Shown: positions 19,942-28,750 of the stretch, one piece after another
Position numbering within the stretch: the first letter of the stretch is position 1
How the letters are laid out: each line of letters begins with the position of its first letter
From: a virus
DNA: 64,000 nucleotides
Reading direction: 5' to 3' (one strand)
Virus record (IMG/VR): IMGVR_UViG_3300021247_000536
Location: 115-64,114 of that record
The notes under the pieces: generated by a model
Seen by the model: only the letters and a program-made list of their open reading frames with translations
Databases searched by the model: none
What the model was told of the DNA's origin: nothing
Program-made: the position numbers and the translations under genes

Positions 19942-22271
19942 CGTGGTCTTACCGGTATTCTTCTTAATGATCCAGACTCATCTCTGACAAGCTTAAACCC
20001 TGTAAGGTTCGTGCTGTTCTTTCTTTGTTCAGCGCTTCCTTCCAGTGATTCAGTTATCCTGTGTGAGTAGCAGGAAGCACAAATATATGAATAAGTTAGC
20101 GCAAATAAAGCATCATCCCAGTTATATCTTTTATCTTGAGGCTCCCAAGTCTCAGATCGACCTATCATCTTGCAGACAAATGTCTTTAGCTGGTTGAAGA
20201 ATATAGGCATCCAGATACGATCTCCGAATGAGTCAAAGATCTGTTTCATGTAGTCAATGATGACTTTGTTTCGAAGTCCTTTGTTATCCACTCCAACTAT
20301 TACACTGCCGGATTTTGATTGTAGTGTCATCGGAAGTTCTGACCCAAGTACAAGTGATCGATCTAGCGCTTTGTTCTCTTTGTATTCTCGATAGGCTGTT
20401 CCGATGTTAGCTTCCACAAGTTCAGGTACTGCAACCTGAGATGGATCTGTATTATAATACAATCCAAGCAATACAGTCTGCAGGTATGCGTATCTGTAAT
20501 TGTTTGATCTGTAGTTCATTAAAGCTACCGGCATTGCGAAGTAAGAGTCCCATATTGCCGAGGCCATCTTGGAGTGTCCGTTGTCTGAGGCGATTGGGTC
20601 AGTGCCTTGGTAGTATCTGTTTGACCACTTTTTCGGATGTAGGAATATTACTGTGGTGGCTCTTTCGTCTCCGAATCTTACTGGTATGAAGTTGGCTCCT
20701 TTTATTTTGAATGGCACGTCACTGCCCTCGTGTGCTGGGCTGTCAAGATCGTATATTGGTTCGAAGTATCCATAGTCGCACGATACCTTTTCTCCTCCTG
20801 ATGATATCCTATCTAGGTTTGATTGTATGAACTCAAGTGGAGCAAGTGTGTTGCCTCCAGTTAAGAATACATCCTCTAGTGTTATAGGGAATGATTGATG
20901 GAATCTTATTCTAAGCTCTGCGGCCTTTGGTCCTTCTGTGGCGTATGCTTCAGATTTAAGCTGAGCGTATCGCTCCCTTGTCATACCTGGTCTCCACCAT
21001 GTGTTCATGAATAGAGGTATGATTCCTGACTGGTGTCTTCCTTCTTTCCACGCTTCCCAGTGCGACATAAAGATGGCGTGTAGTGCCACGCCGGCCTTGT
21101 CCATGTATCCGCCTGTTCCCCACATCACGATCTGTCGCATTAGCTCCTGCTGTTGTGTACGTGTGTTGTATCCGTACATTGTAGGCAGCAAGTCACTTAG
21201 TAGGTCGTTGAGGTCTGAGATGTTTCCTGTTTCGTCAATGAGTGTTACGGTAGGTGTCGTTGATGCGATCTTTGTTTTACCTGGACCCATCACATCTATC
21301 GATGAGTTGTTACCCGACGTGTCCCCCTTCTTATCTTTTTTACCAAAGAAGAATTGTAGGATATTGTCGTTTTTAACTACAGGCTTTAGCCATGCAGGCA
21401 TCTGACCGTATGGGTATTTGATCTTGTCTTCAGCTGTTACCTTTGCTTTGTTGACGTCTTCTGAGATGTACTTGATACCTACGTTTCTGTGGAATGCAGC
21501 TCTGCACAATGCCCAGAGACAGATTGTTGTCGTGAAGGCTACCTGTCTGGCTTTGGTGATGTCTAGCGAGTATCCGCAATCTAGCAGGTATAGGATTACT
21601 TTGTGACCCTTCGCTGCTTTATAGAACTTCATCCCGTCGACGTTCTCTTCCTTGATCTCTCCGTATTTGTCTAGGGCGTATAGCGAGTTCTCTGCGCAGC
21701 GGTCGTTCTCTTTTACTCTCCACTCCAGTATCTGCTCCTCGTTCATTGAGTCTGGCGTGGTGTCGTCCATCCACATCTGCGCTTGCTTGCAGTACATGTT
21801 GAATGGCTTGTAGTCAATGGAGTTGAAGAATCCGTTTTCTGTGTTTATGGAGTTTATCCACGCAACAAAATCATCCGTATGGACGATTTTGCTTTTTGGC
21901 TTCCACATGTCCGATGTTATATTTTCGGACCCAGAAAATACGGCATTGCTTGAGATTGATTTCTCAAACAATGCCGGTGTTAGGAACTTCTCTTGAAGCT
22001 TTTCTTCGGTATAGATTATGGAGATCCTTCGATCTGCAAGTATCGTCTTTTGAGATATTACAGTATCGTTAATGAGGTTTCCAACGGAGAGTTTTACTTT
22101 GTCTCCGTTCTCCGATGTAGCTACCAGATCACCATTGTCTTCCTTGATGAATCCGGATAGCTTGAGCTTCCGGATATTCTCTTCACCAATGTTTACCCCG
22201 TTACTGTAAAGATCAAATAGCAATTCTAGCTTAGCAACATCGGACTGTTGTATGGTCCGTTTACCAGCCAT
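19938..22271 (-). CDS. terL: Terminase large subunit
   Basis: ITKARQVAFTT Walker A, LIDETG Walker B, MWGTGG coupling motif, YQGTDPIASD and WDDALFA nuclease motifs. Confidence 0.92.
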   Translation of the reverse strand: MAGKRTIQQSDVAKLELLFDLYSNGVNIGEENIRKLKLSGFIKEDNGDLVATSENGDKVKLSVGNLINDTVISQKTILADRRISIIYTEEKLQEKFLTPALFEKSISSNAVFSGSENITSDMWKPKSKIVHTDDFVAWINSINTENGFFNSIDYKPFNMYCKQAQMWMDDTTPDSMNEEQILEWRVKENDRCAENSLYALDKYGEIKEENVDGMKFYKAAKGHKVILYLLDCGYSLDITKARQVAFTTTICLWALCRAAFHRNVGIKYISEDVNKAKVTAEDKIKYPYGQMPAWLKPVVKNDNILQFFFGKKDKKGDTSGNNSSIDVMGPGKTKIASTTPTVTLIDETGNISDLNDLLSDLLPTMYGYNTRTQQQELMRQIVMWGTGGYMDKAGVALHAIFMSHWEAWKEGRHQSGIIPLFMNTWWRPGMTRERYAQLKSEAYATEGPKAAELRIRFHQSFPITLEDVFLTGGNTLAPLEFIQSNLDRISSGGEKVSCDYGYFEPIYDLDSPAHEGSDVPFKIKGANFIPVRFGDERATTVIFLHPKKWSNRYYQGTDPIASDNGHSKMASAIWDSYFAMPVALMNYRSNNYRYAYLQTVLLGLYYNTDPSQVAVPELVEANIGTAYREYKENKALDRSLVLGSELPMTLQSKSGSVIVGVDNKGLRNKVIIDYMKQIFDSFGDRIWMPIFFNQLKTFVCKMIGRSETWEPQDKRYNWDDALFALTYSYICASCYSHRITESLEGSAEQRKNSTNLTGFKLVRDESGSLRRIPVRPR

Positions 22272-22278
22272 GCGCTAA

Positions 22279-22674
22279 TTATAATCCGTTGATGTAATCG
22301 TATTCTGATTGATATGCTGTATACAAACTTGAGATCAAGTCGATACGGGCAAGTCGTAATGCATTTGGATATCCAGAGTTTGGCGATGCGTATCCATTTG
22401 ATACATTGCCAGGGACCATGCTTTCAATTGCATTGATCACGCCTTGTAACTCGCTGAGAGCAGCCAATTGCTCGTCTGTAGTTCCTTCGATTGCATTTAT
22501 AGACAAAGGATTTAAGTCAACTTCTTCTCCAACTGCTGCGTATACCTGTTCTCTGTATGCGCTGATATCGCTAAGGACGTACTGGTAAGAGTCTGGTCCG
22601 AAGAATACGCCAATGATTTGACTTAATTTTTTTTCTAGCTCTACGAGCTGTGTTTGCATTGCAAGTGCTTGCAT
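22279..22674 (-). CDS. Hypothetical protein, first gene of the packaging operon
   Basis: 131-aa ORF downstream of the minus-strand promoter at 22707-22737. Confidence 0.65.
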   Translation of the reverse strand: MQALAMQTQLVELEKKLSQIIGVFFGPDSYQYVLSDISAYREQVYAAVGEEVDLNPLSINAIEGTTDEQLAALSELQGVINAIESMVPGNVSNGYASPNSGYPNALRLARIDLISSLYTAYQSEYDYINGL

Positions 22675-22700
22675 GTGTTTACGTTTTGAATTGTTGTATA

Positions 22701-22740
22701 GAATTGCAAATCTACAATATAGTTTCTATATTTGCAATTC
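22701..22740. promoter_or_regulatory. Overlapping divergent Bacteroidota promoters inside an inverted repeat
   Basis: Plus: TTG(22704)-N20-TATATTTG(22727). Minus: TTG(22737)-N20-TAGATTTG(22714). Inverted repeat GAATTGCAAAT...ATTTGCAATTC. Confidence 0.8.
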
Positions 22741-22784
22741 CAGGTTACAAGGTTTGTTAATTAACAACTTAAACCTACATCACT

Positions 22785-23030
22785 ATGTCGGCTATCGCTA
22801 AACCAATGGCGGCTTCTACGTTGGCTTCCAACACAAATCCGTCTATCCTAGTAGAGCAAGTTAAGAATGTTACTTCACTTACAGTTCCAGCGATTGGAAA
22901 CTATGGTCCGAAGTATCTTCTTGTCTTCACTCTTATGGACAACACGCAGGTGCAGCTTTCGTATGCAAGTTCTGCAAACCAAGCTACTGCACTTGCTGCC
23001 TACAAGGCTGCCTTCTCTACTAATTTCTAG
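22785..23030 (+). CDS. Small stand-alone protein (possible virion decoration)
   Basis: 81 aa with its own promoter and terminator; codon style like the MCP. Confidence 0.7.
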   Translation: MSAIAKPMAASTLASNTNPSILVEQVKNVTSLTVPAIGNYGPKYLLVFTLMDNTQVQLSYASSANQATALAAYKAAFSTNF

Positions 23031-23050
23031 TAGAAAGCTAAGTGTTTTGA

Positions 23051-23088
23051 AAATAAACCTGCTGATAATCAGTGGGTTTATTTTTTTC
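23051..23088 (+). terminator. Intrinsic terminator
   Basis: AAATAAACCTGCTGAT-A-ATCAGTGGGTTTATTTTTTT hairpin with T tract. Confidence 0.7.
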
Positions 23089-23090
23089 TC

Positions 23091-23122
23091 TTGACTTTTC
23101 ACATTTCATAATTGTATATTTG
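23091..23122 (+). promoter_or_regulatory. Bacteroidota-type promoter
   Basis: TTG-N21-TATATTTG. Confidence 0.8.
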
Positions 23123-23127
23123 TCAAA

Positions 23128-23510
23128 GCCGATGCAAGGAGGCAAAGACATTTGGATAGTGTAAAAAGCTATTCGACTTTCCCCCGGAGGTACCTGCATT
23201 ACCAAAGGGGGATTTTTTATTATGCGGTTGTAGTCCAGTCATACCCGCGATACATCACACAGTGTATCAAATATGACAGAAGTATTGTTCACTGCGCTAA
23301 CGTGAAAAGCTTGCACTGGTTAAAGGCCCAACAAGCGACTGCACACTCGAGAGGGAAGACGTTAGCACCCGGCCGCAGGTTACGGGATACTTGGTGATAG
23401 GATGCTTATCTAACTCTGAGTGTTGAAATACAGGGTTGATGATCTGAATCAGATGGTGGTTGAAGCTAGATAATGTAGGCTCTCCCCTCTGTGCAGGATA
23501 AGCCTTGCTA
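23128..23510 (+). ncRNA. Candidate structured RNA / long leader (attenuator-like 5' part)
   Basis: About 400 nt after the promoter with no convincing ORF; many stems (GTCATA/TATGAC, GATACA/TGTATC, GCTAACGT/ACGTTAGC, CTC-GAGA-GGG, AGGCT/AGCCT) and a terminator-like hairpin at 23180-23218. Confidence 0.55.
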
Positions 23511-23541
23511 TTGTTTGAATTGTAATAACAAAAAACAAAAT

Positions 23542-24003
23542 ATGAGACACCGGTCAAAAAGTAATTTCAAAGGGTTCTTTAATGGATATCCTTATGCCTT
23601 CAATGTTGTTGAAGAAGCTGCGTCAGAGAACAATGCCGAAGATGTTAACGAGGCTGCATGCGAGCAGATCAATACCTTGCTCTACGAATCCCTGCCTTTT
23701 GATCCAGAGGAGTTTGGGTTCAAGCCAAGCTCTGATCAGATGGTGTATACCAATTCTTCTGGAGACACATTCTCGAGATCTAAGAAGACGTATGGATACT
23801 GGAAGTTCTGTATTTTTGAAAAGCCAGAGTCTGAGATGGTGATGTACATTCCCAACATGCTCATCGCTCACATTGTGCTTACATCTATCGGTGTGCTAGA
23901 GCGTTGTGATCTCAACAAGTCAGACATGTGCCCAAACAATCCTGAAATTTCTGGAGTGTGCGCTGTGTGTGAAAGCGGAAAAAAGTGTAACTTTGAGCGT
24001 TAA
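23542..24003 (+). CDS. Hypothetical protein with C-terminal Cys cluster
   Basis: ATG 23542 after an A-rich leader; ends CPNN...CAVCESGKKC. Confidence 0.65.
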   Translation: MRHRSKSNFKGFFNGYPYAFNVVEEAASENNAEDVNEAACEQINTLLYESLPFDPEEFGFKPSSDQMVYTNSSGDTFSRSKKTYGYWKFCIFEKPESEMVMYIPNMLIAHIVLTSIGVLERCDLNKSDMCPNNPEISGVCAVCESGKKCNFER

Positions 24004-24014
24004 CTCAACGAGCT

Positions 24015-25934
24015 ATGCCATACGTAACAGAGACGCTGATTCAGAATACCGGCGAGACCGATTCAGATTTTGTAATTAGGGTTAACACGTTTATAGCTGA
24101 TCAGGCTTATTACTACGAAACTATTGGTGGAGGATACCCTCCTGCTCCATTTGGATCCCGATCATTCAAAGGGTTCCCGCCAGATAAGCCGTCATCTGAC
24201 ATAGTTTTCTATGATTCAGTGGCAGCTCAGGCGAAGCGTATCGTTACGTTTAGTTACGAAAACACATACTACTATATCTACATTGGGGCGTCGCCTCCGA
24301 TCCCTGGACCTCCGCCATCACCTACAGTTGGGAACATTGTCATATGGGGGCCTAGTGCTACTCTTAATGACGGTGTTCTTCAGATCAATACGCTGGCGCC
24401 AAACTTTATCAACCTGTCTCCAGCAACAGTTGCTGGTGAGGCTGTAGAGTATTCTCAGTTTACTAGTGCACTTTCTGGCTATGTTCCTACGTCGCGAAAC
24501 ATAACCATAAATGGGGTTACTCAAGATCTTTCGGTAGACAGAACATGGACAGTTGTTGGCGGCGTTACGTCTGTTGGCATGTCAATGCCGAGCGAATTTT
24601 CTGTTTCAGGAAGTCCAGTCACCGGGTCCGGGGTCCTTTCCGCATCATGGCTTCCAGTCACTGGAGGTTATGTGTTGGCCGGACCCGCTCCTGGATCTCC
24701 TTCAGCAATACCTTCATTCAGGCCTTTAAGCGCACTTGACATCCCAGATATTTCAGCGACTTATCTGAAGGTCAGCACCGCAGCACTGACTTACTATCCG
24801 TTGACAAACCCGTCAGGGTATATCAGTGGAATCACATCTTCTGATGTTACAACAGCCCTTGGGTATACGCCTTACAATTCATCAAACCCTGCAGGCTACA
24901 TAACAACAACCGCCCTTTCAGGGTATTTAACAACAGCTACAGCCGCAGCTACGTATCAACCGATAGGATCGTACCTTACAACTATCAGCGGACTGAATAT
25001 CAGTTTGTTGACAAACGACTCCGGATATATAACATCATCAGCCCTTTCTGGATATCTGACATCAGCTACTGCCGCCGCCACCTATTACCCATTAACCAAT
25101 CCATCCGGATATATTAGTGGCATTACATCTGGCGACGTTACCACGGCTCTTGGGTTTACTCCATACGACAGCTCCAATCCGGCTGGATATATCACCACCT
25201 CGGCATTGTCCGGGTATCTTACTTCTGTAACTGCGGCAGCCACCTATTACCCGCTTACAAACCCTAGTGGATATATCTCTGGCATAACTTCTGGTAATGT
25301 AACTACTGCACTTGGATATACTCCTGTGAATAAGGCAGGGGATACCATGACTGGTCTTTTGCAATTTAGCGGAACGAGTCATGCGGGAGTAAGGCTTAAT
25401 AACCTTACCACTGCTCAGAGAACAGCACTTTCTGCAACAGCTGGAATGACTGTTTTTGATACAGACCTTGGAGTTTTAGCTCAATACACAGGAACGTATT
25501 GGAAATACGAGCAGGAGAAGGTTGCTACCAACACAACGACCACTGTTACTACAGCGGCAAATATCACAGGGCTATCTCACCCTCTTGAGGCAAACTCGAT
25601 TTACAAGGTGGAAGGATATTATTCTGTAGCATGTAGCAGCACCGGGGGTATCAAGTTCACTCAGACAGTTCCGTCTGGGGCTACAGTGGAAGTAAACTAT
25701 GACGGCATCGCCGGAACTGCAGCAACATCTATCAAGATAAGATCTACAGCTTCTGGAACGCTAACTCCTAACGCCATAAACACAGCCAACTTATCGTCTG
25801 GAGTTATGGTTTCAGGAGTGATAACTACGGCAGCTACCGCAGGAACAGTGCAGTTTCAGTTTGCCTCTGGCGTTGCAACACAGACATCCACTATTACGCC
25901 TCGATCATTCGTTAAACTAACTAAGGTAGGATAA
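24015..25934 (+). CDS. Tail fibre/spike-like protein with internal repeats
   Basis: T/S/G/A-rich; three TYYPLTNPSGYISGITS-DVTTALG-TP units; GYTPVNKAGDTMTG fibre motif. Confidence 0.75.
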   Translation: MPYVTETLIQNTGETDSDFVIRVNTFIADQAYYYETIGGGYPPAPFGSRSFKGFPPDKPSSDIVFYDSVAAQAKRIVTFSYENTYYYIYIGASPPIPGPPPSPTVGNIVIWGPSATLNDGVLQINTLAPNFINLSPATVAGEAVEYSQFTSALSGYVPTSRNITINGVTQDLSVDRTWTVVGGVTSVGMSMPSEFSVSGSPVTGSGVLSASWLPVTGGYVLAGPAPGSPSAIPSFRPLSALDIPDISATYLKVSTAALTYYPLTNPSGYISGITSSDVTTALGYTPYNSSNPAGYITTTALSGYLTTATAAATYQPIGSYLTTISGLNISLLTNDSGYITSSALSGYLTSATAAATYYPLTNPSGYISGITSGDVTTALGFTPYDSSNPAGYITTSALSGYLTSVTAAATYYPLTNPSGYISGITSGNVTTALGYTPVNKAGDTMTGLLQFSGTSHAGVRLNNLTTAQRTALSATAGMTVFDTDLGVLAQYTGTYWKYEQEKVATNTTTTVTTAANITGLSHPLEANSIYKVEGYYSVACSSTGGIKFTQTVPSGATVEVNYDGIAGTAATSIKIRSTASGTLTPNAINTANLSSGVMVSGVITTAATAGTVQFQFASGVATQTSTITPRSFVKLTKVG

Positions 25935-25936
25935 TC

Positions 25937-26089
25937 ATGGTAATCATTAGAGCAGAAAACTACGACACAAGCGCAATACCCAAGCCGTGCGTTAGAGCGC
26001 ACTTCGATGGCGAGTTCTACTATTTCGCAGAGAATGAAAGCGACAACATTGCCATTGAGGAGATGATAGCTGTAACCATACCAGAATAA
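25937..26089 (+). CDS. Small protein after the fibre gene (possible fibre chaperone)
   Basis: 50-aa ORF MVIIRAENYD...VTIPE read by hand, below the track cutoff. Confidence 0.5.
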   Translation: MVIIRAENYDTSAIPKPCVRAHFDGEFYYFAENESDNIAIEEMIAVTIPE

Positions 26090-26135
26090 TTAGTCCTGGC
26101 AATCAACAACTTAAGATTATTTTTTGCTTCAGGTA

Positions 26136-26167
26136 TTGACATTCACATTTATTTGTTAGTATATTTG
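26136..26167 (+). promoter_or_regulatory. Bacteroidota-type promoter
   Basis: TTG-N21-TATATTTG. Confidence 0.8.
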
Positions 26168-26195
26168 CAAAGTATAAACGGTTAAAAATGGTTTT

Positions 26196-26726
26196 ATGGA
26201 ACTACGTAACAATGGTAATTATGACAGCCTTTCATTCATGGTGAAGGGTTTATCTGGCGATCAGCTGCAGCTGGCGCTTGCTGAGTATGTCGTGTCTGTC
26301 GCGGCAAGACATTTTGGAAATCACCCAAAGGAAGAGGTAAAGGGCAGTGGTCGTCACATACGAGAACATGTATATGCTAGGTGTGCTGTGTATCACATCC
26401 TGAAGGTTGAAATTCCAAAAATTATTGATCTTGAGATTCACTATACGCTGAACTATATGACTAAGTTCTTTTGTAAAAAGAATCATAGTTCAGCTATCCA
26501 CGGCATCAAGACTCACAACAATCTTTTTGACACAAAGGATAAGGGTTATTACCCTATTTACAATGCCGTGTTGGAGGAAGTGACGAATTGCATCCGGGAG
26601 TCAGTTATTATGGAGAGCCTTGAGGCTAAGCTTCAGTTCATTGACAACACTATTGCCGATCTTACGAAGACTCGTGCAGAGGTGATGAGTAAGATCGAGA
26701 AGATCAAAAGCGAAGTAAACCAATAA
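26196..26726 (+). CDS. DnaA domain-IV-like DNA-binding protein with coiled-coil tail
   Basis: YARCAVYHIL...TLNYMTKFFCKKNHSSAIHGIK resembles the Bac_DnaA_C helix-turn-helix (RDHTTVIH). Confidence 0.65.
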   Translation: MELRNNGNYDSLSFMVKGLSGDQLQLALAEYVVSVAARHFGNHPKEEVKGSGRHIREHVYARCAVYHILKVEIPKIIDLEIHYTLNYMTKFFCKKNHSSAIHGIKTHNNLFDTKDKGYYPIYNAVLEEVTNCIRESVIMESLEAKLQFIDNTIADLTKTRAEVMSKIEKIKSEVNQ

Positions 26727-26736
26727 AACAAAACAT

Positions 26737-27102
26737 ATGATGCAACATCAAGAGACGATGCTGAACTTTATTCACACGCTCGTAAATTCAAACAATGATC
26801 TTAGCATTGAGCACAAGCCAAATGACATTTTAGATTATGTCGATCACCTGATTACTATTTTTAAGAATGGCAAGCCTTTTTATCAGGCAAAAGGATCTGG
26901 TCCTGATTCAGCTTCCGCGCATGACGCAGCTGTAGCTCTTTTGTTCTCTCAGCTTATGCAGCGCCTGACGTTAGACGCCCACGGCTTTGTATTTATCCTT
27001 GACTCTGGAAGTATCGACTTGCGTTTTGACCAAAGCAAGATGGGGGCTATTGTGCTCGACCAAAGCTTAAAGACATTAACCGTTACGTTGGTATCCAAAT
27101 GA
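26737..27102 (+). CDS. Hypothetical protein
   Basis: 121-aa ORF with A-rich leader. Confidence 0.6.
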   Translation: MMQHQETMLNFIHTLVNSNNDLSIEHKPNDILDYVDHLITIFKNGKPFYQAKGSGPDSASAHDAAVALLFSQLMQRLTLDAHGFVFILDSGSIDLRFDQSKMGAIVLDQSLKTLTVTLVSK

Positions 27103-27575
27103 ATCCGCGCTACGGAACGTGTGTGAGATGTAGGAGGGTTGGGGACATAATTGTAAAGTCCCTGCCTTCTGAAGGATCTCTTTGCTCAGAGTGTAATGAG
27201 AAGAGGTTGCGCCTTGGTAAGGATGTGAAGAAGTCTTCTATTATAAAGAAAAAGGAGAAGCCTACAGGTGAGTCTGTGATGTTTGAGACGATATGGAATA
27301 CAAGGCCGAGGGTGTCGTTTATCACAGGTCTGCCTTTGGGCATGGAGGCTAGATCGTTTTTCTTTGCTCACGTCTTGCCTAAGAGCACCTATCCGGACTA
27401 CCGGTTGCTTATGGAGAACGTGGTGTTGCTTACCTTTGATGAGCACCAGAAGTGGGATCAGGGTGGCCGTGACATCCTTCGTGATGATCCTCGGTGGAGT
27501 AAGATGTTTGAACTTGAACGTAAACTAAAAGAACAGTATCATAATGAAAAAAATAGAGAAAAAAATCTACAATGA
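27099..27575 (+). CDS. HNH/NinG-like nuclease with Zn-finger N-terminus
   Basis: CVRC...CSEC; FAHVLPKSTYPDYRLLMENVVLLTFDEHQKWD fits a beta-beta-alpha-metal motif. Confidence 0.7.
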   Translation: MNPRYGTCVRCRRVGDIIVKSLPSEGSLCSECNEKRLRLGKDVKKSSIIKKKEKPTGESVMFETIWNTRPRVSFITGLPLGMEARSFFFAHVLPKSTYPDYRLLMENVVLLTFDEHQKWDQGGRDILRDDPRWSKMFELERKLKEQYHNEKNREKNLQ

Positions 27576-27876
27576 GATTGTCCTTCAGGCATACAATGAT
27601 TTTCCTGAAGAGGGTAAAATTGAAGTAGATGATCCAGAGAAGAAGCTATTTCGCGAGTGGGTAGGTGATCAAAAGAAAATATACATGTACACGGCATACA
27701 CTCCCGATAAGTTACGTGTAGGCGTTGTAGGTGTTCGTGGAATGCTTAAGTCGGTGCCGAACTGCACCTTTGCTTTTGGCGACCTACAGTCATTCTTTGA
27801 CTTCATCAAGCGCAACAACATCTCAGCTAAGTTCCCATTCATAAAGAAGGAGGAGGTTGCCAATGAGCCAGTTTAA
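27544..27876 (+). CDS. Hypothetical protein
   Basis: 110-aa ORF in a coupled operon. Confidence 0.6.
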   Translation: MKKIEKKIYNEIVLQAYNDFPEEGKIEVDDPEKKLFREWVGDQKKIYMYTAYTPDKLRVGVVGVRGMLKSVPNCTFAFGDLQSFFDFIKRNNISAKFPFIKKEEVANEPV

Positions 27877-28132
27877 GAAGGGCGTCCTTGACAAGGATAC
27901 GATGTATATCCTATCTAATGGCAGAAGAGCTCATGCAAACAATGATGAGACAAATCGTAAGATCAAGGCTGAGATAATCACCATGAGTGTGGGTGAGTAC
28001 ATTGAGTTTGAGAAGAAATATCTTAATGCGGTACGTGAGTTCTCTTCACGTCACCGCCACAAAAATCCTGAGAAGAAGTTTGCTGTGTACAAGCAGGGGA
28101 TGTCAGAGGCTAGGATCGCTCGTATTAAGTAG
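27863..28132 (+). CDS. Hypothetical small basic protein
   Basis: ATG 27863, coupled to the upstream gene. Confidence 0.55.
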   Translation: MSQFKKGVLDKDTMYILSNGRRAHANNDETNRKIKAEIITMSVGEYIEFEKKYLNAVREFSSRHRHKNPEKKFAVYKQGMSEARIARIK

Positions 28133-28748
28133 CGATGTGTTTGTTGAATGCCTCCTCGATGCTCTGAGGGATTACTGAGTAATCTTTTTGGAATGTCTTG
28201 GGGGCATTCTTTATTATCTCTTCGATGTACAGGGACTTATTTTTAGGAACCCACATACGTGACTTCTTCAGCCAGTAGTAGAAGTACATGTATGTGTTGG
28301 CCATCATGGTGTATCTCTTGATGTCGATGGGTAGTCCGTACTCTTTTATTTTCTTGACGCTTCTCTTCTCGCAGTCGAGTTCTATCTTGACGATCTCCTC
28401 CACGGCTTTGTCTATTCTTTTCTTCCACATCCTTTTCCCGGACAGCCATTCATCCAGTGACGCAGACTTATCCATTCCATCAAAAACAGCACGATCTTCT
28501 ATCCATTGGTCTAGGTGGCATGACTCATGTATGAGTATGATCAGCCAGTTCTCGCCCTTTACTCCTGTGGACACTGCCAGCTCGAGACTTCTAGGGTCTG
28601 AGCTGAAGAATCCAGAGGAGTAGATCTTGTGCCCGAGGTGGACCTTGGCTCCATTATGCATCCTGAATGTCACTCCATTCTCTATGCACGCCTTTGAGAC
28701 GTCAGCAATTAGCTTGGCAACAGCTGGGTGATTCGGGATGCTTTTCAT
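28125..28748 (-). CDS. Zincin-like metallopeptidase (HExxH)
   Basis: LIILIHESCHLDQW plus downstream IELDCE glutamate. Confidence 0.75.
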   Translation of the reverse strand: MKSIPNHPAVAKLIADVSKACIENGVTFRMHNGAKVHLGHKIYSSGFFSSDPRSLELAVSTGVKGENWLIILIHESCHLDQWIEDRAVFDGMDKSASLDEWLSGKRMWKKRIDKAVEEIVKIELDCEKRSVKKIKEYGLPIDIKRYTMMANTYMYFYYWLKKSRMWVPKNKSLYIEEIIKNAPKTFQKDYSVIPQSIEEAFNKHIAT

Positions 28749-28750
28749 AC

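Noticed and set aside
130-22588. Plus-strand ORFs opposite the structural genes and similar shadow ORFs elsewhere (e.g. 28667-29149, 37116-37478, 58838-59563)
   Set aside because: Antisense shadows of long, well-supported genes with no motifs.
23226-23236. GTAGTCC resembling the group I intron S element
   Set aside because: No upstream P7 partner (GACTA-type R element) and no interrupted gene.
24015-25934. Diversity-generating retroelement targeting the fibre
   Set aside because: No reverse transcriptase in the window; repeats differ at synonymous sites, not specifically at adenines.
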